The translations under genes and the position numbers were made by a program. Under the pieces are notes generated by a model. The model was not told the DNA's origin, did not search any database, and saw nothing but the letters and a program-made list of their open reading frames with translations. Shown piece by piece: positions 12,172-25,403 of a DNA stretch of 53,942 bases. Origin of the DNA: Girardia tigrina. Taxonomy: Eukaryota. The stretch lies in the NCBI GenBank assembly GCA_001938485.1, contig MQRK01241630.1:23707-77648 (forward strand). The letters are read 5' to 3'. Numbering within the stretch: the first letter of the stretch is position 1; each line of letters starts with the position of its first letter.

Positions 12172-14125
12172 AATGTTGTGGAGTTGGCGTATACAGCAGA
12201 AATGAATTCTTCATTGGAGGAATTCCAACCGTCCTCATTGACATTACATTACAAAGATCCAAACTGCTATCGAGAAATGTTACTCATAGTTACTGGAAAA
12301 GTTTAGAAAGAACTAACTCGTGAGCTACATGATTGTGTTGCTTAAGTAGTACAAGTTGATGGCTACGTCAATCTGCAAATGGTGGATTACAACTAAGTCT
12401 CTGCGAGAATAGTAACAAAAGAGCGTGAAGTAAAGAACGTATTCAAAGTTTTCAACGAACCTCAACATATTGGAGCCCTTGGACTACTGTAGGCCACTCA
12501 GCAGGCCCTTTATACCATGATCGCACCAACTTCCAAGCTGATTGGTGTTACAACAGATGGTGAAAGAGCTAATACAGGATTAACAAGGTGACTTTAAAAG
12601 CTTATGAAGAACTGGTTGCATCGTGATCTATTGACGTTCTGGTATTCTGTTCACAGAAGTGACCTCACTTTTAAAATCATAGAAGGAGGCTTTACGGAGC
12701 TGCGTATCTGAATTAAAAATGCCAAATCTCTAGCTACCTTCTTCATGACGTCTGAAAAGACAGCGAAACTGCTGCATCAATTTCAACCAAAGTGAATCAT
12801 TTCCCTGCTCATTACGAAGTTTAATTTGCGGAGCACTTAGTTCACCTTTTAACAGCCATTCTTCTAATCTTTACGACTGTAAGGAAGTTTTTAAGTTTTT
12901 AGAAGTGAAAAGCGAATTGAAAAAATATAGAGCACGGGAATATTTGAAGACATGGACATATGAATCGCATCAAGTTTTGGCTTAACGGTCTAATAGAAAG
13001 TATTTCGTAATTTGAAAAGGCAGCTACAGCGTGACGATCAAATTCTACCAGAGACAATAAGCAATAGAGATTCAGCACGTCGTAAATTAGATCTTATATC
13101 CAGGCATCCCTATCCTGATGTAAAGGAAAAGAAACTATAGCTCAAGGAAGCAGAGACTCATTTTAAGAGCTGTTAAAACGAATATTCCATCTACAAAGAA
13201 TCAAGGTTGCTGTGCGCCTCAAAATTGTATAATCAGCACAGAATTATCTTGGAGAGCGGTTTGATGTGGAACAAGAAGTAGTCCAAGACATATTAACTCT
13301 TTTGCAAACAGCAGAACTCGAAACATTTATTAATGCAGAAGTCAAAATAACATTACATTTGTTTTCAGAAGAAATCCAGGGCTTTGCAGATGACTGTGCT
13401 GAGAAATGACCAATAAATTCTTTACCCTAATTGAAGTTGAAATACTTCCTACAGCGCTACAGCGATGTACTTTTAAAAGTAATATTGTCTTCGGTAACAC
13501 TCACTCCTCACAGTGTGCTTCTTGAGAGGCTTGATTCTTTATACAACTTGAACGTTTCAGCCCATCGCACGAGCACCTCAGCTGAGACAGCAAACTCTTG
13601 CATGATGATCGCAATGCATTGAAAGAGAACTTGCAAGTTTAATCCTCACAGAGCTGTGGTAAAATTCTTGTGGGTGAAATGACGAGAAAGAAACCTAACC
13701 TTGATATTTATTTAGAAAGTGACTTTGTTGCCTATTCTTTTTTAAAAAGTAACATGTGTTGAAGTGTTAGGTAATATAACTCGTGCGGGACTATTCGTAA
13801 AAATGTTATGGGTCGGGTGACTTGTGTATTCTCTTCTTTTAAATCTGAGAACACTTGATAAAAAACTGTATGGAATAAAAAAATACATTATAAAAAAACA
13901 AGGAAAAACAAACTATTTTCATTCGAGATAAAAAGTTACCGAATTTGCACATGACCATTCCAGATGGCTTGTGCCCCCCAGTGAAAATTTCATAAAAAAG
14001 GCCCTGATCTGCGATTAATTGTATCTTATTCTGAATGGTTTAGTAATTTTAATTCAGAATTAATTATGAATTAAATGTAAAAATTATATAAAAATGTTCA
14101 TCAATAAATTTATAAAATTTATTAA

Positions 14126-14217
14126 CACATTGAATGCTGAGTACGAGATATCTCGTACTTCAATATTCATTAGTTAGACGCTAAGTACGAGATATCTCGT
14201 ACTCAGTATTCAATGTG
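14126..14217. mobile_element. 92-bp piggyBac-type MITE
   Basis: TTAA|CACATTGAATGCTGAG ... CTCAGTATTCAATGTG|TTAA; each arm contains the palindrome AGTACGAGATATCTCGTACT. Confidence 0.85.
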
Positions 14218-16010
14218 TTAAATGCTAAAAAGGCAACAATGTAGACTTTTTTGTCCCACGCGTAGCGCGCGTAGCAGACGTTTGGTGCATGATGTCAACA
14301 GCAGTCAATGTGTTAAATATTGAGTTCTGAAATTGTTGTCATGTTGTCCAAAAACAATGTTCAACCAATAGTCTCAACCAGTGCTTAATCAGAATTTTTG
14401 AATAGAATGGTTTCAGAACAATTGATTGGATAATTATAGATTAATCAATAAGTCAGTGACCTAACAATGAAAGTTGATCCGCCAAATGTATCGTCATTAA
14501 AAATATATATTTTAAACTGGATAAGTTTCATGTTTAAACACGTTTTTTTCATTTGGCTTAAAACTCGAAAGGAATAACAACATAAAACATTCATCTAATT
14601 TAAAAATTTTTGTTTCAATTTCCTGACGATTATCGGATACATTAGGGTAATTTATTATTTACGTTCAGTTGTAAAGTTTTCATATAAAAATTTTATAATT
14701 CAGGGAGAAGTGTTTGTTGAATTTACGTTTTCGATGTTCATAACTCGATGTTCAACCTAAGGTTATCGGATCAATTCAAAGTTACCAAGATCTATGAAGG
14801 AGTCCCGTAACAGATACCATATCTTAGATAGCATATTTTTATTTTATAATTTTTAAATATTAATGAAAGATAAAATATTAATAAAATTTATACTATCAAT
14901 AACAACATATACATTTATATATCAATTCCTTTTTAAATTTCAATGTCTGTATAGTAAACATTTTTCTTATCTCTCATTGGTAAAATTTTATATAAAAATG
15001 TTTTGATCAGGGCAACCCATTTATACAGGGGTCAGATAGCATGGTAATGTTTAAATCGCTTAATTTAGTGTGTCCTTTAAGAATAATAATAATACATTAT
15101 ATATTTGAAAATGAAAAGGAAAATTGTTAGTCAATGATCAGGTGTTATCAAGAAAATATATTTCCTTGAGAGAAAAGACCAAAATAATGATATAAAAATT
15201 GATCCGCAACAGACACTTTAAAAAATCTGAAATTTACAATACATTGCTATACATTTGCTGATTCTAAAAATGTTTGTGACATTCATTAATCCGTAATAAT
15301 TACTGAAATTAAATACAGATTTTGGTAAATAAATCACATTACGTGTAAATTACCTCTCGCGTTATCCGACGAGTGGCCTCTCGCCTTTTGGCTGTCGGTA
15401 AAATCTCATTCTACTGATTTTGGTTTAACAGAACAATCAAGAGTGTTAGTGGACAACAATACATTACTTCCAAAGACTCGAATATCAGTATATTTCTGCA
15501 ACTTGTTCCACCTACCCCATCAGACAAATACTGGGTATCAGAAAACCTCCCACAGCGCTCAAGATGGGGATCGATGTTCTAATTGTACTTGATCTTTCTA
15601 AATAAATGAAGTCAACATATATAAGTCAACAATATACCATAAGTCAACTGTTCGGTTATCGAAATTCTTAAACGTACCTAAGAGAGCCGGTACCAAATGC
15701 GTAGTAATAACTGCGCAGCTGTATGAGATCTAGCCGTTTAGCACTTGATATTCGTCAACCGCAAGTTGTAGTTCTATTTAACATTCTTGAACTAGGGTAT
15801 ATAACCTTACGTGACTCAATTGAAGCCTCGGAATCCTTTTTATTTTTTGATATTTGTTAACATAATGCATAATTCAAAAAGTAGAAAATCGATCACTTCA
15901 CTTATTGTAATTAATTATCATCCTTTTTGCTTCGAATAAATAAACAATAACAAATACGATATATATTTATATTGAAAATATAATTTGATTAAAGCTCTTT
16001 TTATATAATT

Positions 16011-16049
16011 ATTGGACATGTTTCGATGTTTATATACATCATCAACAAT
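16011..16049 (-). ncRNA. Degenerate minimal hammerhead ribozyme (Penelope-type)
   Basis: Minus strand reads ATTG-TTGATGA-TGTATATAAACATC-GAAA-CATG-TC-CAAT: stem I ATTG/CAAT, palindromic stem III ACATGT, core C3 changed to U. A second degenerate copy lies at 17029-17069 (+). Confidence 0.6.
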
Positions 16050-16252
16050 TTTTGGATGTTTAGTATATGAATATTGAATTGTTTTAATAATACCATTTTA
16101 AAAGATATTAACTTTAAATGGCAAATTTAAAAAAAATATTATAATTTATTAAATTATTAATGGATAACATACATATTGTCCCTCAAGCGCCCTCTAAGAG
16201 TATTTAAACCCTGATTTGCAATTTCAAAACTGAACGACAAAGAGTTTGGAAT

Positions 16253-16891
16253 TTGTCGTCCAGTTTTGAAATTGCAAATCAGCGTTTAAATATTCTTAAA
16301 AGGCGCTTGAGGGACAATATGTATACAAACAAGCAAATAGAACACAACATTAGGGTAACATTAGACAAATTATGTACAGATGCACGAGTTAATAAACAAT
16401 TAAAAGAAGAAAATACGGAAGAATACAAAGAAACCATTAAAATATCATATTCTGAAGGATTTAGAGCTTTTAAGAAGAGTATTGGTAGAACAATAAGTAG
16501 TGCCAAAGTTGAACTTTGTCCTATCCAAAGTTCAAAGTTTCCTCCCAAAGAAATCGAAACAGTTTGTGATTTGCAAGCTAATCTGGTATATAAATTTAAT
16601 TGTCACGGGTGTCAAAACTCGTACATCGGAGAGACAAATCGTCATCTCAAAACCCGGATTAGCGAGCACTCGCAAATGAACCGATCGAGTAAGTTTCTTG
16701 ATCATTGGTTATGTTGTAAGGATAGAACCTCATCCATTTCAAAAGATGAGTCTTCTATTCTACAAAAGGGTTTTGATTCACATTACGAACGACAGTTTTG
16801 TGAATCTCTACTGATAAGACACTACAACCCATCAATTAACATTCAGAATGGGCAAAGTAAGGTTATTTCAATACTTAAAATTTTTAATTAA
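16253..16891 (+). CDS. Penelope RT C-terminus plus GIY-YIG endonuclease (truncated)
   Basis: NLVYKFNCHGCQNSYIGETNRHLKTRISEH ... ESLLIRHYNPSINIQ. Confidence 0.85.
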   Translation: MSSSFEIANQRLNILKRRLRDNMYTNKQIEHNIRVTLDKLCTDARVNKQLKEENTEEYKETIKISYSEGFRAFKKSIGRTISSAKVELCPIQSSKFPPKEIETVCDLQANLVYKFNCHGCQNSYIGETNRHLKTRISEHSQMNRSSKFLDHWLCCKDRTSSISKDESSILQKGFDSHYERQFCESLLIRHYNPSINIQNGQSKVISILKIFN

Positions 16892-17135
16892 AATATTTGT
16901 ACCATTATTACCCAATAATCCTTTAATAAATTATAATATTTATTTTTAAATTTTCCATTTAAAGTTAATATACTTTCTAAATTTGTATAATTAAAACAAT
17001 TTATTATTCATATACTAAATTTCCAAATATTGCGATGATGATGTATGTAAACATCGAATCATGTCCAATAATTATATAAAAAAAGCTTTAATCAAATAAT
17101 ATTTTCAAAATAATAAACTTGCGTTCACAAGACTC

Positions 17136-17166
<31 letters not shown>

Positions 17167-17216
17167 NNNNNNNNNNNNNNNNNNNNNNNNNNNNNNNNNN
17201 NNNNNNNNNNNNNNNN

Positions 17217-17252
<36 letters not shown>

Positions 17253-18073
17253 ACTACTCTTCTTTAAATCGCTTAAGAATTGAACAGAAATAAATGTAAA
17301 ATAGTAAAAGACTTACTTGTGAATAAAATGATTCATGTATAACCTTTGACAATAACATTGATGTAGGACGCATAGCAATACTTGATGCTCATATCTTCAG
17401 ATACAAAGACGTACATGACAATGATGATTGATAAATTCTGAATTATTCCTAGACCGTTAGTTATCAATGCGGAAACCAATATCTCTGCAATTCCAGAGTA
17501 AAGGATTACCATCCAATTAGTCCCGGAATTTAACTATGATAATATTCTCCCCGACCACGGTATTAACTGCCATAGTATGTGTAAAAATAGTGTTTTGCGG
17601 GTATGACCAAAACACTATTTTTACTAGTATGCAAAAATAGTTAAGAAAATTATCAACGTATAACTATTAATAAAAAGATAACTATAATCTGTAAATAAAA
17701 AAAAATAAAAATAACCTCATCAAGTACTACAAGTTTATTTAACGTCATAAAACACATACATTGGACATAAACGGTAATTAATTATCTTTAATTATAATAT
17801 ATTGGTTTAATGATTTTTTTACTCAAATTAGATATATATTTTGACTCATATAAAAATAAATAATGTAATATAAAGTTATAATTTATCATCATGAAAATTT
17901 ATCTTTTTTTGACCTATTCGTTTGTAAAGTTGCCTCATCATACAAAGGAGGAGCGTACACTTCGTCTAGTAGTTCTAATGATTGAGTGTGGTAACGTTTT
18001 GCGATTAACTCAATGAATTCGTCAAATTCTCAAGCAATACTTTACTACTTGCATCCTCCGGATCTATACTCGT

Positions 18074-18565
18074 TCAATCGTAGCTTGTTGTGATGATTCT
18101 TGGTAATTCGATTTCACGATTTGGTGAACTGGGCATTTTAATCGGGCTTTCAATGAACGTCTTTTTTGTGTTTTTAGATTTACTCATTTTATGTTGATAA
18201 ACCTCTTTTCGATACATGTAATGACGAGTTTTATACAATCCGATGTCGATATAACTGAATTTACCAACTTTACTGGAACATATTTTCATGATATAATTTT
18301 GATATTGAATTAGCAAGATCATAAATATAATCATTGTTACTAGAATGATAGATATAAGAGTGAGCAATTGTGGTCGAAATTTATCGACAATTGGGGAAAA
18401 ATTCGTTTCATTATTTGTCGGTACTTTGGAAGCGTTGATATACTTTAGAATTTTAGAATGGCTTCTTTTAATATGTTGGACCCTTTGACTTTGAAATTTC
18501 ACATCAGATGATCCACTGTAAATGATTGAAGTCGCTTTTATCTTAAAAGTCATTTTGAAAACTGC
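18074..18565 (-). pseudogene. Exon-like fragment encoding a single-pass membrane protein
   Basis: 159-aa ORF preceded by a TTTCAG acceptor-like site; one strong TM segment (LLTLISIILVTMIIFMILLI). Protein-like sequence continues beyond the stop only with a frameshift. Confidence 0.35.
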
Positions 18566-18649
18566 TGAAATAATAATATAGTTATATGTATATCAATTCA
18601 GGTCGAGGTCTTTCAAAATTTGAATCGCCCAAAGTTATACAAACAAAGT

Positions 18650-19550
18650 TGTTGGTTTCGTGATATGACACTTTTTAGTTAGATTGTATTCAGGTTATAC
18701 GAGGAAGAACTACTTTGCGATACGCTACATCATGAATCTTGGAATCCCCATGTTAGGAATGACGATGGGTTGTAATAAAAAAAATAAAACGAATCTCCAA
18801 AAAAAATTATCGCAAACCAGATATACATCACGCTCGAGAAAGCCTATGTACAGTTACAACTTAGACAAATCAAGGTCATGTACAAACTCGAAAGAAAGAT
18901 AACATCAATCTTTACACAAGACATGCGGAAGTAGTGTATCACAACAGTCCCCCCCTAAGAAAACGGAGTGATAAGGTTCTCTGATTAAAGATAATGTAAT
19001 TTTATTCGATAAGTTTTACGTTACGAATGTTGTATGTTTTTCATTTTCCGTCTTTCAAAATGGTGATGGTATTTATGTTTGAACTTGTTACTTCATATGG
19101 TCCCTCATACCTTTCGTTAAAATTGTTTATGTTCTGAATTTTGATAAAATCAGTTTTATTTGTATGACTATGACCTAATTTTGATGAGTTTTTATCTGCT
19201 CTTTTACTGAATAATTCGAATTTATATTTACTTTCTGTTAATTTTTCATATGGGGAAATTTTATCTGTGGAGTTTGATTTAAGTCTAAGAGCTAGCGCTG
19301 CCTCAGGTAGTTTTTCTAACCAATTATCATTCTGGCATTTTGTTCTCAGAGTTTGTTGTAAATAACGGTTAAAAATTTCTACGTTGCCATTACATTGTGG
19401 ATTATATGGTGTTGTTCTTAATTTTTCTATGTTGAATTTCTTGCAGAGGTTACGAAATTGAATTGATTCGAACTGTTTACCCTGATCGCTTAGTATGCGT
19501 TTAGGTGGGCCATATCTGGCTTTCCAATGTTTTTCGAACTTCTCACATAC
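18650..19550 (-). mobile_element. 3' end of a Ty3/Gypsy LTR retrotransposon (integrase fragment, PPT, 3' LTR)
   Basis: Integrase core YGPPKRILSDQGKQF...TTPYNPQCNGNVE (ORF 19041-19592); G-rich polypurine tract (AG plus a G run) at ~18949-18957; LTR 18650-18946 bounded by TGTTG...CAACA. Confidence 0.85.
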
Positions 19551-20224
19551 CTTTGCGGGTATGACCAAAACACTATTTTTACTAGTATACATTAGAATTA
19601 AAAAATAAAATACATTTAACTAAAATTATTTCTTTGGCTTGTATAGATAAAAATCACTAAAAAAACATTAAACTCGTTGTCTAAAATTTTTTATATTATA
19701 TTTCATTATTATAATAAACCTTTATACATATTGTTCGGATTTTAGGGAGTTCACATAAATTTTTAATTTTAATATTTAAAATCTATCAAGAGAATTTTCA
19801 AAATTTTTCAAAATATTTCATACATTAAAATATAATGGAAGATATTTAAGAGTTATCAATGTTTTAAAAATTAATAAAATTAAACGAAACATCAAAACAT
19901 TTTAGGGCTGCTAATATTTTAAATTAAAATATAAAATGATAATTTTATTATTGAAACATTAATATCAAAATGGAAATTTTTATACGAGTACAAAATCAAA
20001 ATAAAAACTTTGGTTTAAGATTTTTTTATGAAAATATAAATTTCATATTAAGAAAAATTTAAAGGTTTAGTTTAAGATTTTTAAAAAAAAATATGTTTAA
20101 CGTCTAAAATGGAAATTTTATAATTGAGATATTTCTGATATGAACATTTTTTAAATGAATTAAACTGAAAGAATTTTAAAAAAAGTTTTAAAGGATAAAA
20201 TTTTAATAAAAAAATGTTATAAAA

Positions 20225-20635
20225 CTAATTTTGGCCGTGAGTGGACTCAGTTATGCACAAGCATTATGGCTTAGTTTTGCATATTTTTGAGTGTCTCAGT
20301 AGACAAGTAACCTGGTGGTGCCTATCCCTTCTCCATGTTTAGATGGTTGTTGGCTCCAAGGAGCTCATATACCCTTTGGAAGGTTTTATTTTTCATTCTG
20401 CTAGGTGTCCACACACCCTCTTCACCCAGATTGCTCTGGATGAGGGAGCCGGTTTAATTGCCAACCATTCGACCAGGTTTACATGGTACCTGTAACACAC
20501 ACCGTGCCTGACCTGACCTGAAGTCAATGGCCCGCGATTTCCCTATCACTCACTCATATAAGTACTAACGCGATTGTTGGTTGCTTAACTTTGGAGATTG
20601 GATGAGTTCCAGCATAGCAAACTGCGGCCATTGAC
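20225..20635 (-). mobile_element. 5S rRNA-derived SINE (SINE3-like) or 5S-headed Pol III RNA
   Basis: Minus-strand head 20635-20521 aligns to 5S rRNA (CTCATCCAATCTCCAAAGTTAAGCA...GTTAGTACTT...GGGAA) with helix I GTCAATGGCC/GGCCATTGAC. It is followed by ~300 nt of GC-richer body with no T4 run until 20224. Confidence 0.75.
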
Positions 20636-22090
20636 TACCTCTTATTTACATGAACCTAATGCCCCAAATTTCATAACATCTTTAGGGCAAAAATATATAA
20701 TTCAATTTAAAAGACCATCGAATTAAATTATTTTTGATTAATGTTATCTTTATAAAACTAGCAAACCTAAAGATTTCGCCATAATATTATAAATATTGTT
20801 TTAAATATTGTTTAAATATTGATTTATTTTCTAAAAATTTAATACATTTTTAATGTTTACTTCGTGAAACACAAACAGACTTTTTGTTCAAAGATTCGCG
20901 CGACTTTTTCCGAAGAAACACAGCCGAAAGTTGAGTAACTTAATTATGAAATATTATATCTTTTCCGTTTTCCTTTTAGTTGTTCTCTTTTTTAACCAAA
21001 ATTTAACAATGAAAAAAAATAACTCTATATAAATTTAATAAATTTTTCTCAATTAATTAGTATAAAAATTATTATGTTAATTAAAAGTTTTCCTTCATTC
21101 TTTTCTTTAATTAATATATTATTTAATTAAAAATAAATAAATATAAAAATGTTTTACAACCTCATTATTCTTATTTATCTTATTTAAGTAGAGAGAAATT
21201 ATTTATTATTTGTTAATATTTATTTACAATTGTTTTAAAAATTATTTTATTTCATTTATATTTATTTTTCATTCTCGTTTCTTTCGAATATTGTGGAAGA
21301 AAAAACATCGATTTTGTTTCGTTTTCTTTGTAAAAAAACAATTTGTTTTTTGTAAATAATTATTTGTAGAAAAAGAAAGAAAGGAGAATAAAAAGAATGC
21401 ATCAATCTTTTTACAATTGAAACAAATTTCCCACCGGAAAAACTTAAATGAAAATCCAATTAAAACACGCTAATTTTATATATATAATTTATTAAGAAAT
21501 CATTTTTATTTTTTAAAAATTTAAGAAAACATTTATTATTTTAGTTTATAGAAATATAAATCTTACAAGGTTTTATTTGAATTTTTCAATGACGTTTTCA
21601 GCAGATAATTGTGATAATAATAATGATAATAATACTAATAAAAATAATTGTCGAAAATGACATTTACTATCTTCTCCGATTTTATATACAAATTTAAAAT
21701 CAAAAAGGGTTCTCATTAATAAAATTTATTTTTTAATCCATACTTTAAAAATTTCCGATTCTGCGCTTCTTCCACAATTTAATTTGGAAGATTAAAACAA
21801 GACTCATTCATTATAAAATACACATAATATAAAAATACAAGTAATACATACACTAAGAAAGTCATAAATACATTCGAACATCATCCAAAAGTTACATGAA
21901 TTAAATCAACAACGATCCTAATTTACAAATCATCCTTACAAAAATAATAATTTTTAGGAGACTAAAATGGGGTTTGGGAAAATTTTTGAATTAAAATTAA
22001 ATTTCATGAAAAATTAAACAGATTATTTATCAAGATTAATTGAGATTAATAAAGAATAAAAATTATTTTAAAAAAATAAAGAATATAGAT

Positions 22091-22745
22091 TAATTAATAT
22101 AATTGAGTTTTCACTACATTTATTTGTATCACAATTTGAAATGCCACTTGAACAATTCTCCATAAAACTTGCGTAGCTCGTCATCGTTCTTGATTGAAAA
22201 GTTTTTTAATAATATTCTTTAACATCTTATTATTCAAACAAATTGAATTTACAATTCGATTACAAAAATAATTTATATTTTAAATTAAAAATAAGATTTA
22301 TTTATTTTAATAAAAATATTATTAAAATATTATTTATGAAATAATATGAAGTATATTATTTATGATGAAATAACTATTTATGTCGTAAGCCACTATTAAA
22401 ATATTTTAAATCACTTCCAATAGATTTTAAATATTTTGATTAAAATATTATTATATTGTTATATTTTCACGATAATCGTAATAATATCCAATAAATGTTT
22501 AATAAATCCAATGTACGATTAATCCATATTTTTAAAATACAATTATTCTACTTCATTTTAATATCACTTATATATTCTTTGAGTAAAATATATTAATTTC
22601 ATTTGAATTTTGTTATTTACAATTAAAAATTGTCCGAATAATCTGATGGTTCAAATCATTCAAAATATCAATCTTCCATTCGATTGGAGAAACACAATCC
22701 TAAAAACAACATACAATAAACACAATTCCATAAATTTTCCTCATA
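22091..22745 (-). mobile_element. Solo LTR-like element, TGTGAGG family (diverged)
   Basis: Starts TATGAGG on minus, carries the family motif CTCCAATCGAATGG, and its body aligns with 35612-35900. Flanks TAGAT/TAAAT (4/5 TSD match). Confidence 0.65.
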
Positions 22746-23569
22746 TAAATAATAGTAATAATAATAAATATTGATAAAATAAAACTTGACTAAAAACTTT
22801 TCATGTTTATTATGGCACGATTATCGAAGGAAACTATTAAATTAATATTTTTAGACAGTTTTGTCAAAGAAAATGGTGGCTGCCTTTTAATTTTATCAAA
22901 GGAAGAATTATAAACTAATAATAAATTCAAAAGAATCGGCAAAATTAATAATGATGCGTAATAGAATTGACTGAAAGAAGATATAAAGTATGAATTCCGC
23001 TGTTACAAAGTCGACATTCTTCGGTTTACAAAATTCGTTTTGCCATCAACTGTAATTTGATTTCCTTCTATTCCACAGAGATTATTTTCTTCGAATGAAC
23101 GAAAAAGTTGAAAATAGTCTGGGGTATTTTCAGGAAAATGGGCTTAGTAAAAATGAGATTATATAAATCTTTGTTTCAGACAATTGATGAATATTTCTTC
23201 ATTTTATAACTCATTTGAAGAATATTTCTTCATTCCAATATTAAATGGTTAATTATTATCTTGATAATTCCTAAATAATATATATATATTTATATATTAT
23301 TGAGGCTTTTGAACAATAAGAAAATGATTATTGAACATCTTTTGGAAATTCCTTTCCATCATCAGCAAATATATTCGTTAGTTATGATGTTACTTTTGTT
23401 ATAAAGTTAGTTTAAAAAAGATAATTTATTTATTTCTTTATCCTATTTTAAAATATTTTTGGATAATAATGGCAAAATGTTTTTAAAATTTTAATTAAAA
23501 ATCTTTAAGATTTGAAATGACTTTACTTTATCCATTTGGAATGTTTATGGGTTGATAGGTTTTATAAAT

Positions 23570-24340
23570 AAAACTGCTCTAAAAGTATGAACAATGAATG
23601 ACACATTAAGGAAGATAGAGTCGCAATGGTTTCCCCATTAGCACCGCAGTTGCATCAATTTTTCGATGAAGTCTCTTGAAGATAAAATCGGCACATAAAC
23701 TGGGAAAAACTTGTGATCTACAAGAGATGTGTAGATGAAATATTTCTTGTTTTTGAAAACCAATCCCCTATAGAACCATTCTTAAAGTGGTCTACATCCT
23801 ACTATTAAATTTACTACAGAATTAGAATTTCTTAACAAACTTATTTTTCTTGACATTCTTGACATTATGATGAATGAGAAATATCGAACCGAATTATACA
23901 AAAAACAACACATATATGTCACTACACAACACAACAGAGCTTTTGTGATGAAAAATATAGAGAGGGTATGATGAAGTGCATAGTTCACAGAGTTTGAAAT
24001 TGGTCTTTTAGTTTTGAAACCGCAAATTATAGTTTAAATATTCTTAGAGAATGCTTCAGGGATAACATTTACATAAACAAACTGATAGATCACAACACTA
24101 AGGTTACATTGGACAGATTTTGTACACAAACATAGGTTAAGAAAGAACTAATGCAAGAAAACATTGAAGAAGTAGAAAACAAATAATCAAAATACTATAT
24201 TCTGAAGGATGTAAAGTATTTAAGAAGAATATAAGTAGTGTCAAGGTGGTTTCAATGACACGCAAAGTTCAAACCTTTATCTCGAATAAATCGAAAACTA
24301 TTTGTAGATTATGAGCTGATCTAGTTTATAAATTTGAATT
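23570..24340 (+). mobile_element. Decayed Penelope-like RT fragment
   Basis: VAM.SPLAP and YKRCVDE (YVDD-like) remnants; 23990-24340 is homologous to 16240-16590. Confidence 0.75.
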
Positions 24341-24953
24341 TCTTATAATACTTTTTCAATGCTACTGCAAAGCTTTGTTGCATAAAATTATAATACCTTC
24401 TTTAGTAAATAAGCCACTTACGTCAGGTATGATGTTTAAGTCAATTACCATCTTATAAATAATCATCTTTTAAATAATCCAAGGGTTATTTCTTTTTTGT
24501 GTTAACACATAAAAGCCTTTATGCGTTGGTATGTCCCTTTATTTATACTTTCTGACAAGCATCATGAATATGAATATAAGAATAATTTTAATTAAGAATA
24601 ACTTTTTAGAAAAGCAAATACATCAATGCAATACTTTTCCAATTTTAATAATTCATCATTAAGAGAAATATGTTAAAAAGATAAACAGCGTCCATCTTAA
24701 CTCCAGATAAATATTACAAATATAGCAAATCTGAGAAAATTTAGAAGAACTTTTATTGCACTAGCATTTTATTATTTATTTTATTAGAGGAAATATTTGT
24801 CCAGAAAAAATGGAAAATTCGTCCCTAATCATCTTTGGAAACTTTGATATTGTGTTGCTGACCATTTCCGTAAGTACCGTACAAAACCTTTGCTACAAGT
24901 ATTGCAGTATGGGTAAACCAAGCAACTCAGTTGAGATAATAATTTTTTGGAAT

Positions 24954-25403
24954 TGTGAGGGAAAATTCTGAATATTGTGATTTTGCTGTTTGTATGCTGT
25001 TTAGATTGGTGACTCACCTACCCAGATGGGATTGATATGATATTGATTAATCATTTAAATCTAATGATATTAATTTAATGAGATTAATGTCTAAATACTA
25101 ATTAATTAAAGATTTTATAATTTGAAATTGTAATAATACTTTTAAGTAAATAATTTAACTTATTAAATTTAATATAATTAAAACACTAATGTTTATTTTA
25201 AAATTTACTTAATATATTTTTACCCAATAAAATTTTGATAAATTAAAAAATATAAATTGGATAATCTCATTCATTAATTAAATATTTAAATAAATAAAAG
25301 CTATATTAATCAAGAACGATGCTTTCCGCAGATTGTGCTACTGAAAATGAATCTGTTTGTGTTGTTAATAAATGTTTTCACGAAAATTGTGATGTTGTTG
25401 ATA
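24954..25403 (+). mobile_element. Solo LTR-like element, TGTGAGG family
   Basis: TGTGAGG start, CACCTACCCAGATGG motif, AATAAA, ends GTTGATA. Flanks GGAAT/TGAAT (4/5 TSD match). Confidence 0.75.

Larger units (their letters stand above)
10591..14006 (+). mobile_element. Decayed hAT DNA transposon with intact termini
   Basis: TIRs CATGGCCTTTTTTA / TAAAAAAGGCCCTG; perfect 8-bp TSD ATCTGCGA (10583-10590, 14007-14014); transposase remnants QVDG, IGVTTDGE.ANTG, VHRSDL and a C-terminal P.S..LERL.S dimerisation motif. Confidence 0.9.
15965..17115 (+). mobile_element. 5'-truncated Penelope-like element with inverted pseudo-LTR termini
   Basis: ~15965-16170 is the reverse complement of ~16905-17115; these arms enclose a GIY-YIG ORF. 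Confidence 0.85.

Noticed and set aside
11177-12177. AATGTT as a 6-bp TSD of one 1-kb insertion
   Set aside because: hAT-like coding sequence resumes at ~11610-11770, so there are two separate insertions; the hexamer match is probably chance.
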